Shown here: in pieces, positions 9,210 to 15,318 of the stretch
Numbering within the stretch: position 1 is the first letter of the stretch
How the letters are laid out: each line of letters begins with the position of its first letter
IMG/VR virus record: IMGVR_UViG_3300044712_001255
Coordinates: 248,001-312,000 of that record
Reading direction: 5' to 3' (one strand)
DNA: 64,000 bases
Translations under genes and position numbers: made by a program
The notes under the pieces: model-generated
Told to the model about the DNA's origin: nothing
Database searches by the model: none
What the model saw: the letters and a program-made list of their open reading frames with translations, nothing else

Positions 9210-9592
9210 TGCAAATCACCCTTGGACAATTAAGAACCATCGTGCGGCGCACGTTGTCCGAGCGCCGCCGTGGACACCGTAGACATCACTCACATTCATC
9301 GCATGGTCATGGTGGATTTGGCCCGGGTGATATCTTCAGCTGGGGATTGTTCGGTGGGTCAAAGGATTACGGTGGTTCTGAACCTGGGAGTTATTCCGGG
9401 GGCGGCTCGTGGGACATGTACGGCGGCTACGGAGACTATGGATATGGAGCGTATGCTTCTGGACACCATTATCACGACCCGCGCACAGACCCTGACGTTC
9501 CGGAGTTCATGAGGCCCTCTGGTGGAGTCACGGCAAGTACACATTCAGATGATTTTATGGATTTTGATGATGATTCTGACGGATTTGACTGA
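9206..9592 (+). CDS. Gly/His/Tyr-rich low-complexity protein with ITLGQLR motif
   Basis: MQITLGQLRTIVRRTLSE then His-rich, GYGDYGYG and acidic tail. Confidence 0.55.
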   Translation: MMQITLGQLRTIVRRTLSERRRGHRRHHSHSSHGHGGFGPGDIFSWGLFGGSKDYGGSEPGSYSGGGSWDMYGGYGDYGYGAYASGHHYHDPRTDPDVPEFMRPSGGVTASTHSDDFMDFDDDSDGFD

Positions 9593-9693
9593 GTGTAAAG
9601 GGTCAAGCGAGGCTATATACTAGAATCAACGCAACAGAAAATGCCACAGCGGTGGAAAATAGTTGTGTACAAGTGAAAGATTAATGATACTGT
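9593..9693 (+). promoter_or_regulatory. tandem promoters upstream of first RNA cluster
   Basis: GTGTAA(9593)-17-TATACT(9616) and GTGTAC(9665)-17-TACTGT(9688). Confidence 0.65.
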
Positions 9694-9742
9694 ATGATTA
9701 CCGAGGCGTTCATACCGCTCGGTCCTACAAATAGGAAATCCA

Positions 9743-9856
9743 ATGAAGACTGCAATCGCAAATATCGCAAAACAATATCGCCAACCAGAATGGCGTATTG
9801 AGGCGAATTATGCGATTCGCAATGCCAATCAGGAGAAGGATAAGATCCCGAGCTAG
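9743..9856 (+). CDS. putative leader peptide (37 aa)
   Basis: AGGAAA SD; MKTAIANIAKQYRQPEWRIEANYAIRNANQEKDKIPS*. Confidence 0.6.
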   Translation: MKTAIANIAKQYRQPEWRIEANYAIRNANQEKDKIPS

Positions 9857-9884
9857 CGTAGTTGAATAAATAAAGTTCAATGCG

Positions 9885-9920
9885 TCGGCTCGGAAGAAGA
9901 TTCCGGGCCGATTGTGTTTT
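9885..9920 (+). terminator. intrinsic terminator / attenuator hairpin before tRNA cluster
   Basis: 11-bp stem TCGGCTCGGAA/TTCCGGGCCGA, loop GAAGA, then TTGTGTTTT. Confidence 0.7.
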
Positions 9921-9925
9921 AGAAT

Positions 9926-10009
9926 GGTGCGTTGCCCGAATGGTTCAAGGGGCGAGGCTGTAGTCCTCGCGGTTAAGACCGATTGGTGGTTCGAATCCAT
10001 CACGCATCA
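9926..10009 (+). tRNA. tRNA-Tyr(GTA)
   Basis: Cloverleaf, CGAGG-CTGTAGT-CCTCG, long variable arm. Confidence 0.9.
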
Positions 10010-10055
10010 CCGGAACTAACGAGTTCTGATGTTCTCTGAAAACTGATCGTTGTAT

Positions 10056-10141
10056 GGATGTGTTGAGCAGGTGGTGAGCTCAGCTGACTGTAAATCAGCC
10101 GCCCGTAACGGGTTTGTCAGGTTCGATTCCTACCGCATCCA
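10056..10141 (+). tRNA. tRNA-Tyr(GTA)
   Basis: GCTGA-CTGTAAA-TCAGC, long variable arm. Confidence 0.9.
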
Positions 10142-10148
10142 CTCATAT

Positions 10149-10231
10149 TCTCGGGTCGGGAAATTGGTATCCCAAGAGATTGTTAATCTCTCGCACGTAA
10201 GTGTATGTAGGTTCGAGCCCTACTCCGAGAG
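10149..10231 (+). tRNA. tRNA-Asn(GTT) with long variable arm
   Basis: AGAGA-TTGTTAA-TCTCT, G73, variable region CGCACGTAAGTGTAT. Confidence 0.85.
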
Positions 10232-10232
10232 C

Positions 10233-10320
10233 GAACTCATAATGCAAGTGCCTGCGTGGAGCAGGAATACTGCAAGTGAAAGGAAGATTAACATACCAAG
10301 TAACACCAAACAGTGGGTTC
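10233..10320 (+). ncRNA. structured RNA with internal GTGAA...AGTAAC helix
   Basis: Closing GAACTC/GGGTTC, hairpin CCTGC/GCAGG, GTGAA 10276 and AGTAAC 10299. Confidence 0.45.
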
Positions 10321-10324
10321 ACAT

Positions 10325-10397
10325 TGCGTAGTAGGCAAATTGGTAAGCCGTGGAGTTGTTACCTCCTTGATTGCGGGTTCGAATCCTGCCTGCGCAG
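10325..10397 (+). tRNA. tRNA-Asn(GTT)
   Basis: TGGAG-TTGTTAC-CTCCT, G73. Confidence 0.85.
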
Positions 10398-10399
10398 CG

Positions 10400-10582
10400 C
10401 CGGATAGTGGTGGGTTCCACTGCGTAAGTGAATGAAGTAACTATGCTAATGCGACGCTTGGGTTCGAGTCCCAACAGGTAACAAATGGGCATAATGGTAA
10501 CGGTTACTGGTTACGCAAAACAAGTTGACTACGAGGGCAAATGTTAGCGTAATCTACTGGGTTCGATTCCCGATAGTCCGCA
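10400..10582 (+). ncRNA. structured RNA with two T-arm-like hairpins
   Basis: GGTTCGAGTCC and GGTTCGATTCC hairpins, GTAAC-TATGC/GCATA-GTTAC and TTACGC/GCGTAA helices; no cloverleaf. Confidence 0.45.
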
Positions 10583-10595
10583 AATCACAATGAAT

Positions 10596-10666
10596 GCCTC
10601 ACTAACATAATGGTAGTGTAACTGGTTCTTACCCAGCTAGTCTCAGTTCGATTCTGGGGTGTGGCA
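10596..10666 (+). tRNA. tRNA-Lys(CTT)
   Basis: ACTGG-TTCTTAC-CCAGC. Confidence 0.85.
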
Positions 10667-10667
10667 C

Positions 10668-10738
10668 TGCGGCGTAGTTCAATGGTAAAACAGCTCGCTC
10701 TGACCGAGTATCTGTAGGTTCAACTCCTACCGCCGCAA
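10668..10738 (+). tRNA. tRNA-Gln(CTG)
   Basis: GCTCG-CTCTGAC-CGAGT. Confidence 0.9.
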
Positions 10739-10741
10739 CGA

Positions 10742-10916
10742 GCCGACAATTCCAGTTTCGAGTACTGGACGCACTTGATAACATTGGCGCTTGAAAGGGC
10801 CCATTCACATTGTCTCGAGCACCAGTGTGATGGGCAGCAAGTACGTAAAACGCCTCACGACATCGTAGAAATAGCAATGAAAACAAAGTGTGTAATGCAA
10901 GTGGTAGCATATCGGC
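10742..10916 (+). ncRNA. circularly permuted tRNA-like RNA, copy 1
   Basis: 3' half 10742-10777 (GCCGA, T arm, CGCACTT-G) precedes 5' half 10886-10916 (AAGTGTG, D arm ATGC/GCAT, TCGGC); all four stems pair. Confidence 0.75.
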
Positions 10917-10924
10917 GTGTTTTT

Positions 10925-10995
10925 TGGAGCATCATCTAATGGCAGGATAGTAGCCTTTGAAGCTATGAATAGGGGTTCGAGTCCCTTTGCTCCAA
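10925..10995 (+). tRNA. tRNA-Gln(TTG)
   Basis: GTAGC-CTTTGAA-GCTAT. Confidence 0.9.
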
Positions 10996-10998
10996 CAA

Positions 10999-11151
10999 GC
11001 CCGAGACCTGGGTTCGAGTCCCAGTTGGACGGTGGCGCTTGAGAGCAAGTCAACGTGCTGATCACACGGAGACATCGCTAGTACGTAAGTCGCCGGCAAT
11101 TGGCTGATCACCTTTTGTCTTGTCCAGTAGTTTAGCGGTCAGAACACGGGC
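10999..11151 (+). ncRNA. circularly permuted tRNA-like RNA, copy 2 (Asp-like scaffold)
   Basis: 3' half 10999-11032 (GCCCG, T arm, TTGGACG-G) precedes 5' half 11121-11151 (TGTCCAG, D arm GTTT/GAAC, CGGGC). Confidence 0.8.
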
Positions 11152-11164
11152 AGTCCTTTCACAT

Positions 11165-11237
11165 GCACTAGTAACTCAATCGGTAGAGTAGACGGCCTTT
11201 AACCGTAAAGTTGAGAGTTCGAGCCTCTCCTGGTGCA
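11165..11237 (+). tRNA. tRNA-Lys(TTT), C33 variant
   Basis: Loop CCTTTAA. Confidence 0.8.
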
Positions 11238-11252
11238 CTTCAACAACGATTT

Positions 11253-11324
11253 GCTTCTGTACGCATCGGGTGAGGCGGGTGGATTGTCAATCCATTGAGG
11301 CGGGTTCGAGTCCCGTCAGAAGCG
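11253..11324 (+). tRNA. tRNA-Asp(GTC)
   Basis: GTGGA-TTGTCAA-TCCAT, G73. Confidence 0.9.
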
Positions 11325-11330
11325 CAATAC

Positions 11331-11403
11331 GTCCCTATAGCTCAACGGATAGAGCGCTTGGCTACGAACCAAGAGGTTGTAAGTTCGAATCTTGCTAGGG
11401 ACG
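11331..11403 (+). tRNA. tRNA-Arg(ACG)
   Basis: CTTGG-CTACGAA-CCAAG. Confidence 0.92.
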
Positions 11404-11404
11404 C

Positions 11405-11478
11405 TGCGGGTTAGAGAAGAGGCCCATCTCACTTGGCTCATAACCAAGAGACCGCCGGTTCGAATCCGGCATCCGCTA
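11405..11478 (+). tRNA. tRNA-Met(CAT), initiator-like
   Basis: CTCATAA loop, 1:72 mismatch; only two G-C pairs at base of anticodon stem. Confidence 0.8.
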
Positions 11479-11479
11479 C

Positions 11480-11554
11480 GACGCTGTAGCTCAAATGCAA
11501 GAGCAGCTGCAATTAAGCAGCAAGATGTTGGTTAAAATCCAGCTGGCGTCACCA
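11480..11554 (+). ncRNA. tRNA-shaped RNA with 6-nt non-canonical anticodon loop and encoded CCA
   Basis: Intact acceptor, D and T stems; GCTGC-AATTAA-GCAGC; ends ACCA. Confidence 0.65.
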
Positions 11555-11555
11555 T

Positions 11556-11631
11556 GGCCTTGTCGTCTATGAATGTAGGACGCCACCCCTTAGTCGAGGT
11601 GGAAAAACAGGTGCGAATACTGTCGAGGCCG
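11556..11631 (+). ncRNA. Glu-like tRNA scaffold with 10-nt anticodon loop
   Basis: GGCCTTG/CGAGGCC acceptor; CCACC-CCTTAGTCGA-GGTGG; degenerate T loop. Confidence 0.55.
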
Positions 11632-11637
11632 CAAATT

Positions 11638-11710
11638 GATTCTGTCGTCTATGAGTAAGACAATCCCAAATTGGTGGGAATAAAAGCTGATTCGTTGTCA
11701 GCCTGGATCA
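11638..11710 (+). ncRNA. tRNA-shaped RNA with non-canonical anticodon loop
   Basis: GTCT/AGAC D stem; TCCCA-AATTGG-TGGGA; GCTGA/TCAGC T stem. Confidence 0.55.
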
Positions 11711-11711
11711 C

Positions 11712-11785
11712 TGGCACATGATGTAGTGGTTTCTGCATGCTGGTCTGATAAATCAGTCGTACGAGTCCGATTCTCGTTGTGCCTA
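11712..11785 (+). tRNA. tRNA-Ile(GAT)
   Basis: CTGGT-CTGATAA-ATCAG; slightly atypical T loop. Confidence 0.75.
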
Positions 11786-11786
11786 C

Positions 11787-11858
11787 GGCCTTGTCGTCTA
11801 TCGGTAGGACAATTGGTTCTCAGCTAATAAAGGACGGGTTCGACTCCCTCCAAGGCTA
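11787..11858 (+). tRNA. tRNA-Glu(CTC)
   Basis: ATTGG-TTCTCAG-CTAAT. Confidence 0.85.
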
Positions 11859-11860
11859 CA

Positions 11861-11967
11861 CTCTTTTGCATTGTGGTCGTGTCTCGACGGGGACCAGCGA
11901 TAGGTTCAAATCCTATCATAAAATTTGGTAGCTGAGCGTTGGTTCGAATCCAACGGGTGTAAAAGAG
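11861..11967 (+). ncRNA. closed RNA with two tandem T arms
   Basis: 10-bp closing stem CTCTTTTGCA/TGTAAAAGAG; ATAGG-TTCAAAT-CCTAT and GTTGG-TTCGAAT-CCAAC. Confidence 0.6.
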
Positions 11968-11973
11968 ATTTTT

Positions 11974-12047
11974 GGTCCCATCTTCTAAATGGTCAGGATA
12001 CTAGACTTTCAATCTGGTAATGGCGAGTTCAAGTCTCCCTGGGATCA
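11974..12047 (+). tRNA. tRNA-Glu(TTC)
   Basis: CTAGA-CTTTCAA-TCTGG. Confidence 0.9.
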
Positions 12048-12133
12048 CCTCGAGTTTCCTTCATGAACTTTGTCGTGCCTGCGTGCGTGGAAAGCGACTA
12101 GATCACCTGGTGACAATCGGGAAAGACCGATAA

Positions 12134-12207
12134 CGGGGTGTACCTCAGTCTGGTAGAGGGCTTGTTTTGGGTACAAGACGTCGCACGTTCGATTCGTGTC
12201 ACCCCGA
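12134..12207 (+). tRNA. tRNA-Pro(TGG)
   Basis: CTTGT-TTTGGGT-ACAAG, C1-G72, A73. Confidence 0.9.
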
Positions 12208-12221
12208 CAACGAAAGATTAC

Positions 12222-12293
12222 ATGCCACTGGTGTTAATGGTAACATGTGGGTTTCCAAGTCCCGTGATGCGCGTTCGATTCGTGCGTGGCATG
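12222..12293 (+). tRNA. tRNA-Trp(CCA) (Gly TCC register less consistent)
   Basis: TGGGT-TTCCAAG-TCCCG, G73. Confidence 0.65.
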
Positions 12294-12360
12294 CTAAACA
12301 AAAATGTGTGATACAAGCTCACACATTAGGAATACAACATACAAACGCAAGGAAAAAGTC

Positions 12361-12876
12361 ATGAATATCAGCCAAGCTCTTCGTCGTATCTCAGTCATTA
12401 AGGGTCAGCTCGCAACCACAGCAACACGTTTCGCCAGTTCAGTCACGTGGATTGATGACGCAAAGCCAACATATTCGCTTGCTGAGTGCGATGTTGCGTG
12501 GGCTCGTCTCGTAGGTGAGCAGACGTCGCTTGAGGCCGCAGTGGCAATTGCCAATGCAACGAACAAGATCACCTATCGTGGTCAGGAATTCACGCTTGCG
12601 TTTGCCGTGAAGCAGTTGGCTGTTTTCAAGGCAAAGATTGCGCTCTTGCGAACCCTGAATTGTCAGGCGACTGCAGAACGCACCGATGTTACTCGTGATA
12701 CTGAGTACGTAAATGGAAATTACGTAACTGTCACTCGAGAGAAGAAGGTTCACTGTGCATTCACTGAGCGTGAGCGTGATACGAGTGTTCAGGTAGCGCA
12801 GACAGACTTTGACGAGCTCAACGCACTCGTCGAGGCGGCAAATCACACCATTCAGGTCGACCCTCAGGTCGTCTGA
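12361..12876 (+). CDS. helical/coiled-coil protein, DIP1984-like
   Basis: MNISQALRRISVIKGQL...IANATN...ELNALVEAAN resembles DIP1984-family pattern (recalled, not searched). Confidence 0.55.
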   Translation: MNISQALRRISVIKGQLATTATRFASSVTWIDDAKPTYSLAECDVAWARLVGEQTSLEAAVAIANATNKITYRGQEFTLAFAVKQLAVFKAKIALLRTLNCQATAERTDVTRDTEYVNGNYVTVTREKKVHCAFTERERDTSVQVAQTDFDELNALVEAANHTIQVDPQVV

Positions 12877-12883
12877 TGTGAGA

Positions 12884-13081
12884 TGCGCCGAAAGGGAAGT
12901 TGCTGTTGAAACCCTGTTGATTTAAAATCAACTCAACCCTAATAAGGAATGAAAGCTATTGGTATCGGTTCTGGCATCGCATTCAGCACTCAGCGTCCAG
13001 CATCTTTTCCTATCAGCTCATAGCCCTTAGCAGGTAGATTTCAGCAATCAGCAGTCAATTACAACACGCTTCCCTTGCGTT
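12884..13081 (+). ncRNA. structured RNA with 7-nt-period YAGC repeats
   Basis: Closing AAGGGAAGT/GCTTCCCTT; YAGC at 12984,12991,12998,13014,13021,13028,13042,13049. Confidence 0.6.
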
Positions 13082-13085
13082 GTAT

Positions 13086-13157
13086 GCGGTGATAGTTTAG
13101 TGACAAAACGGCAGGCAACCAAAGCCTGAGATCATGGGTTTGATTCCCACATCCGCG
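13086..13157 (+). pseudogene. degenerate Trp-like tRNA (loop AACCAAA)
   Basis: CAGGC/GCCTG stem, no U33, mismatched acceptor. Confidence 0.45.
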
Positions 13158-13269
13158 CTAAGTAACGAGAAAAATTATCGGGTGAAATACCCATATGCCT
13201 GATTGCGTAAGAAGGGTCGACACTTCTGCGATGGAGGTACAACGCCAGAGGAGCGTTAACGTGAAAGTT
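13157..13269 (+). ncRNA. AGUA/GAA-helix RNA
   Basis: AGTA-ACG (13161) ... CGT-GAA (13261), internal hairpins. Confidence 0.5.
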
Positions 13270-13270
13270 T

Positions 13271-13341
13271 GGGGCTTTCGTATAGCGGGATTACGCTGGC
13301 TTTGCAAGCCAGTCACACGGGTTCGAGTCCCGTAGGCTCCA
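13271..13341 (+). tRNA. tRNA-Ala(TGC)
   Basis: CTGGC-TTTGCAA-GCCAG, G3:U70. Confidence 0.92.
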
Positions 13342-13374
13342 CAAATCAACAATGACTGCGTTCAAAGTTGATCA

Positions 13375-13500
13375 ATTACGAGTAACTATTAAGCGGTGTA
13401 AATCCGCATTGTATGCAACGTCATCGACAGTTCGCCTCGATCGGGGTGACTGCCCTCTGCACGTTGACGTACTGGCCGGTGAGCCTAATGTGAAAGTAGT
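13375..13500 (+). ncRNA. AGUA/GAA-helix RNA
   Basis: ATTAC-G-AGTA-AC ... GT-GAA-A-GTAGT; GCGG-TGTAAAT-CCGC hairpin. Confidence 0.55.
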
Positions 13501-13505
13501 GTCAT

Positions 13506-13577
13506 GGGCCTGTAGTTTAATAGGGAAAATTCCTGCCTCGCACGCAGAAAACTCGGGTTCGAATCCCGATGGGTCCA
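13506..13577 (+). tRNA. tRNA-Ala(CGC)
   Basis: CCTGC-CTCGCAC-GCAGA, G3:U70. Confidence 0.88.
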
Positions 13578-13589
13578 CACAATCAACGA

Positions 13590-14630
13590 TCAGTTTGATA
13601 AGAGGTGCCTAAGAACGTCATTGTATGATTCAACCTTGACGTTTGACAATGCATTAAAGATTTCATCTTGCGTTGCCTTGTCTTTCACGTTCTGCTTGAT
13701 CCAATCAATCACTTGGTCCTTATTTACGCCGCCTTGCGTTTGTGATTGTGTACGTGAGCTGCTGTTGGTTTGTTGATTAGGTTGCTGTTCAGTAGACTCT
13801 TCATTAGACCGTTGTGATACTTGCGTATCAAAATTTTGGATCTCTTTGCCCACAGCTTGCATTTTTTCGATCATCGCTGCTAATTTGCCGCTTTTCACTA
13901 TTTGCGCAATTTCTCTTGCTATATTTGCATCAACGTTCATGCCAGCTTGCTTACCAGCTGACATTACAATTGATTGCAACGTATTACTTCCGTGTTGATC
14001 GCCTCGTGGCAATTCACTGCCGCCTGGTACCTTACCAGCATCTAGCGATGTTGCCTGCTTTGTTGGCCTTTGTGCTGTGATTTGTGGTTGTGGTTTTGGC
14101 TTTGGCGTCGCAGGTACAGGTTTCTTTCCAAACTTTGCATTTGCAAGTTCTTCATCTGATTGCACGCCACGTTCTTGTTCGTCTACTGCTTCCATTAGAC
14201 GACGAAACTTTGTGTGAAATGACTCATTGATTTCAGCAGCATCAACTTTTTGTGCAACAAGCTCGTAAAAATGCATACATTTCATGAACTCTTTTTCAAG
14301 AAGCTTGAAATCGCCGTCCTCGTCGTCAAAAATGTCCTTGGAAATACGACCTAAAAATCCTTTTATCTTATCAATGGTGCTTTTCTTATTAACTTGCTTG
14401 TACTTTGCGAATTTCCCTTTTATGTTATCAAGCGTTGTTGCAAGTTGATTTGCGATCGTTATTTGATCATTAGCTTTTAGTACGTCCACTGTTTGCTTCA
14501 CATTTTTGAAAAGCGCTTTGAATTTTGCAAATAACTCTTTATCGATTGCTTCATTCAATTGCTGACGAATGTTCTCATCGATCTTCAAAAGCTTTCGACG
14601 TTGCGCAAGCGTAAGTTTGCTGGTAGACAT
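13590..14630 (-). CDS. charged protein with Gln-rich linker (putative virion internal protein)
   Basis: IRQQLNEA and FRRLMEA motifs; ATAGTTA 10 nt upstream. Confidence 0.6.
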   Translation of the reverse strand: MSTSKLTLAQRRKLLKIDENIRQQLNEAIDKELFAKFKALFKNVKQTVDVLKANDQITIANQLATTLDNIKGKFAKYKQVNKKSTIDKIKGFLGRISKDIFDDEDGDFKLLEKEFMKCMHFYELVAQKVDAAEINESFHTKFRRLMEAVDEQERGVQSDEELANAKFGKKPVPATPKPKPQPQITAQRPTKQATSLDAGKVPGGSELPRGDQHGSNTLQSIVMSAGKQAGMNVDANIAREIAQIVKSGKLAAMIEKMQAVGKEIQNFDTQVSQRSNEESTEQQPNQQTNSSSRTQSQTQGGVNKDQVIDWIKQNVKDKATQDEIFNALSNVKVESYNDVLRHLLSN

Positions 14631-14878
14631 AGCGATATTCTAACTATTCGTTCGGTGATACACGATCAGTCTATGGCTTACTGTCAGCTTATGCAAGGAG
14701 AATACGTTAGGTGGCACGGGCAACTAGCCCTAGTTGTCTACGAATTTTGGGGCCTTGCAACGATTCGGTTGTGCGAGAAGCACTCGATCTACGAGGTTTT
14801 TTTGCACGATCTCAAACCTGTAACCCTTCAACCTGTCCGGTGTAATACCTGACTCAACGTGATAGGCTTGTCCTAGGC

Positions 14879-15256
14879 ATGGACACCACAACATACGTTT
14901 ATATCGCGCTTGGTGCAGTCGCCACAGGAACATCATTGTGGTGGGTAATTCGAACAATTCGTCGTCGATTGACGCGTCCTGCTGGTGGTTCACAGTCGGT
15001 GAACGTGAAACAGCTGCGTGTTCGACTTACAACGTTGACTGGCGAGATTTTTGATATCTCGTTTGAAGGCAAGGCATTCTACATCAATGACACAATCTGG
15101 ATGCAGACTGCTAAAGAAATTTTCAATGATTGGCGTGACGCAGGCGAACACGGTTTGTTTCGTGTTTCTCGTAACCAATGGATTGGCGCGCAGAACGTAA
15201 AGGAACTTCTCTTGGTGAAAGAGAGTGATCTTTTTATTGACGTGCCGTACTCTTGA
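14879..15256 (+). CDS. membrane-anchored hypothetical protein
   Basis: N-terminal TM; promoter GTGTAA(14840)-17-TAGGCT. Confidence 0.55.
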   Translation: MDTTTYVYIALGAVATGTSLWWVIRTIRRRLTRPAGGSQSVNVKQLRVRLTTLTGEIFDISFEGKAFYINDTIWMQTAKEIFNDWRDAGEHGLFRVSRNQWIGAQNVKELLLVKESDLFIDVPYS

Positions 15257-15258
15257 CG

Positions 15259-15287
15259 GTGTACAATCGCACACCGTGTATTATAAT
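15259..15287 (+). promoter_or_regulatory. putative phage promoter GTGTAC-17-TATAAT
   Basis: Perfect -10 hexamer with recurrent GTGTAV -35. Confidence 0.7.
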
Positions 15288-15318
15288 AGCAACCCAAAAA
15301 GAACAAGAAGGATAGAAA

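Noticed and set aside
10785-11120. Hammerhead or hairpin ribozyme in the permuted-tRNA linkers
   Set aside because: CTGATCA occurs twice but is not CUGANGA with GAAA; hairpin-ribozyme loop consensus only loosely matched
10999-11151. Two-piece (permuted) tmRNA
   Set aside because: Has full D and anticodon stems, no Ala identity, no CCA, no tag ORF
12050-12130. Ribozyme or riboswitch between tRNA-Glu and tRNA-Pro
   Set aside because: Some GAAA-capped hairpins but no consensus I can support
9725-13612. ORF-track proteins overlapping the tRNA clusters (also 24402-25394, 25884-27086, 32320-32616, 34786-35431)
   Set aside because: Sense or antisense read-throughs of RNA genes, with typical GFEP/SNP artefact peptides
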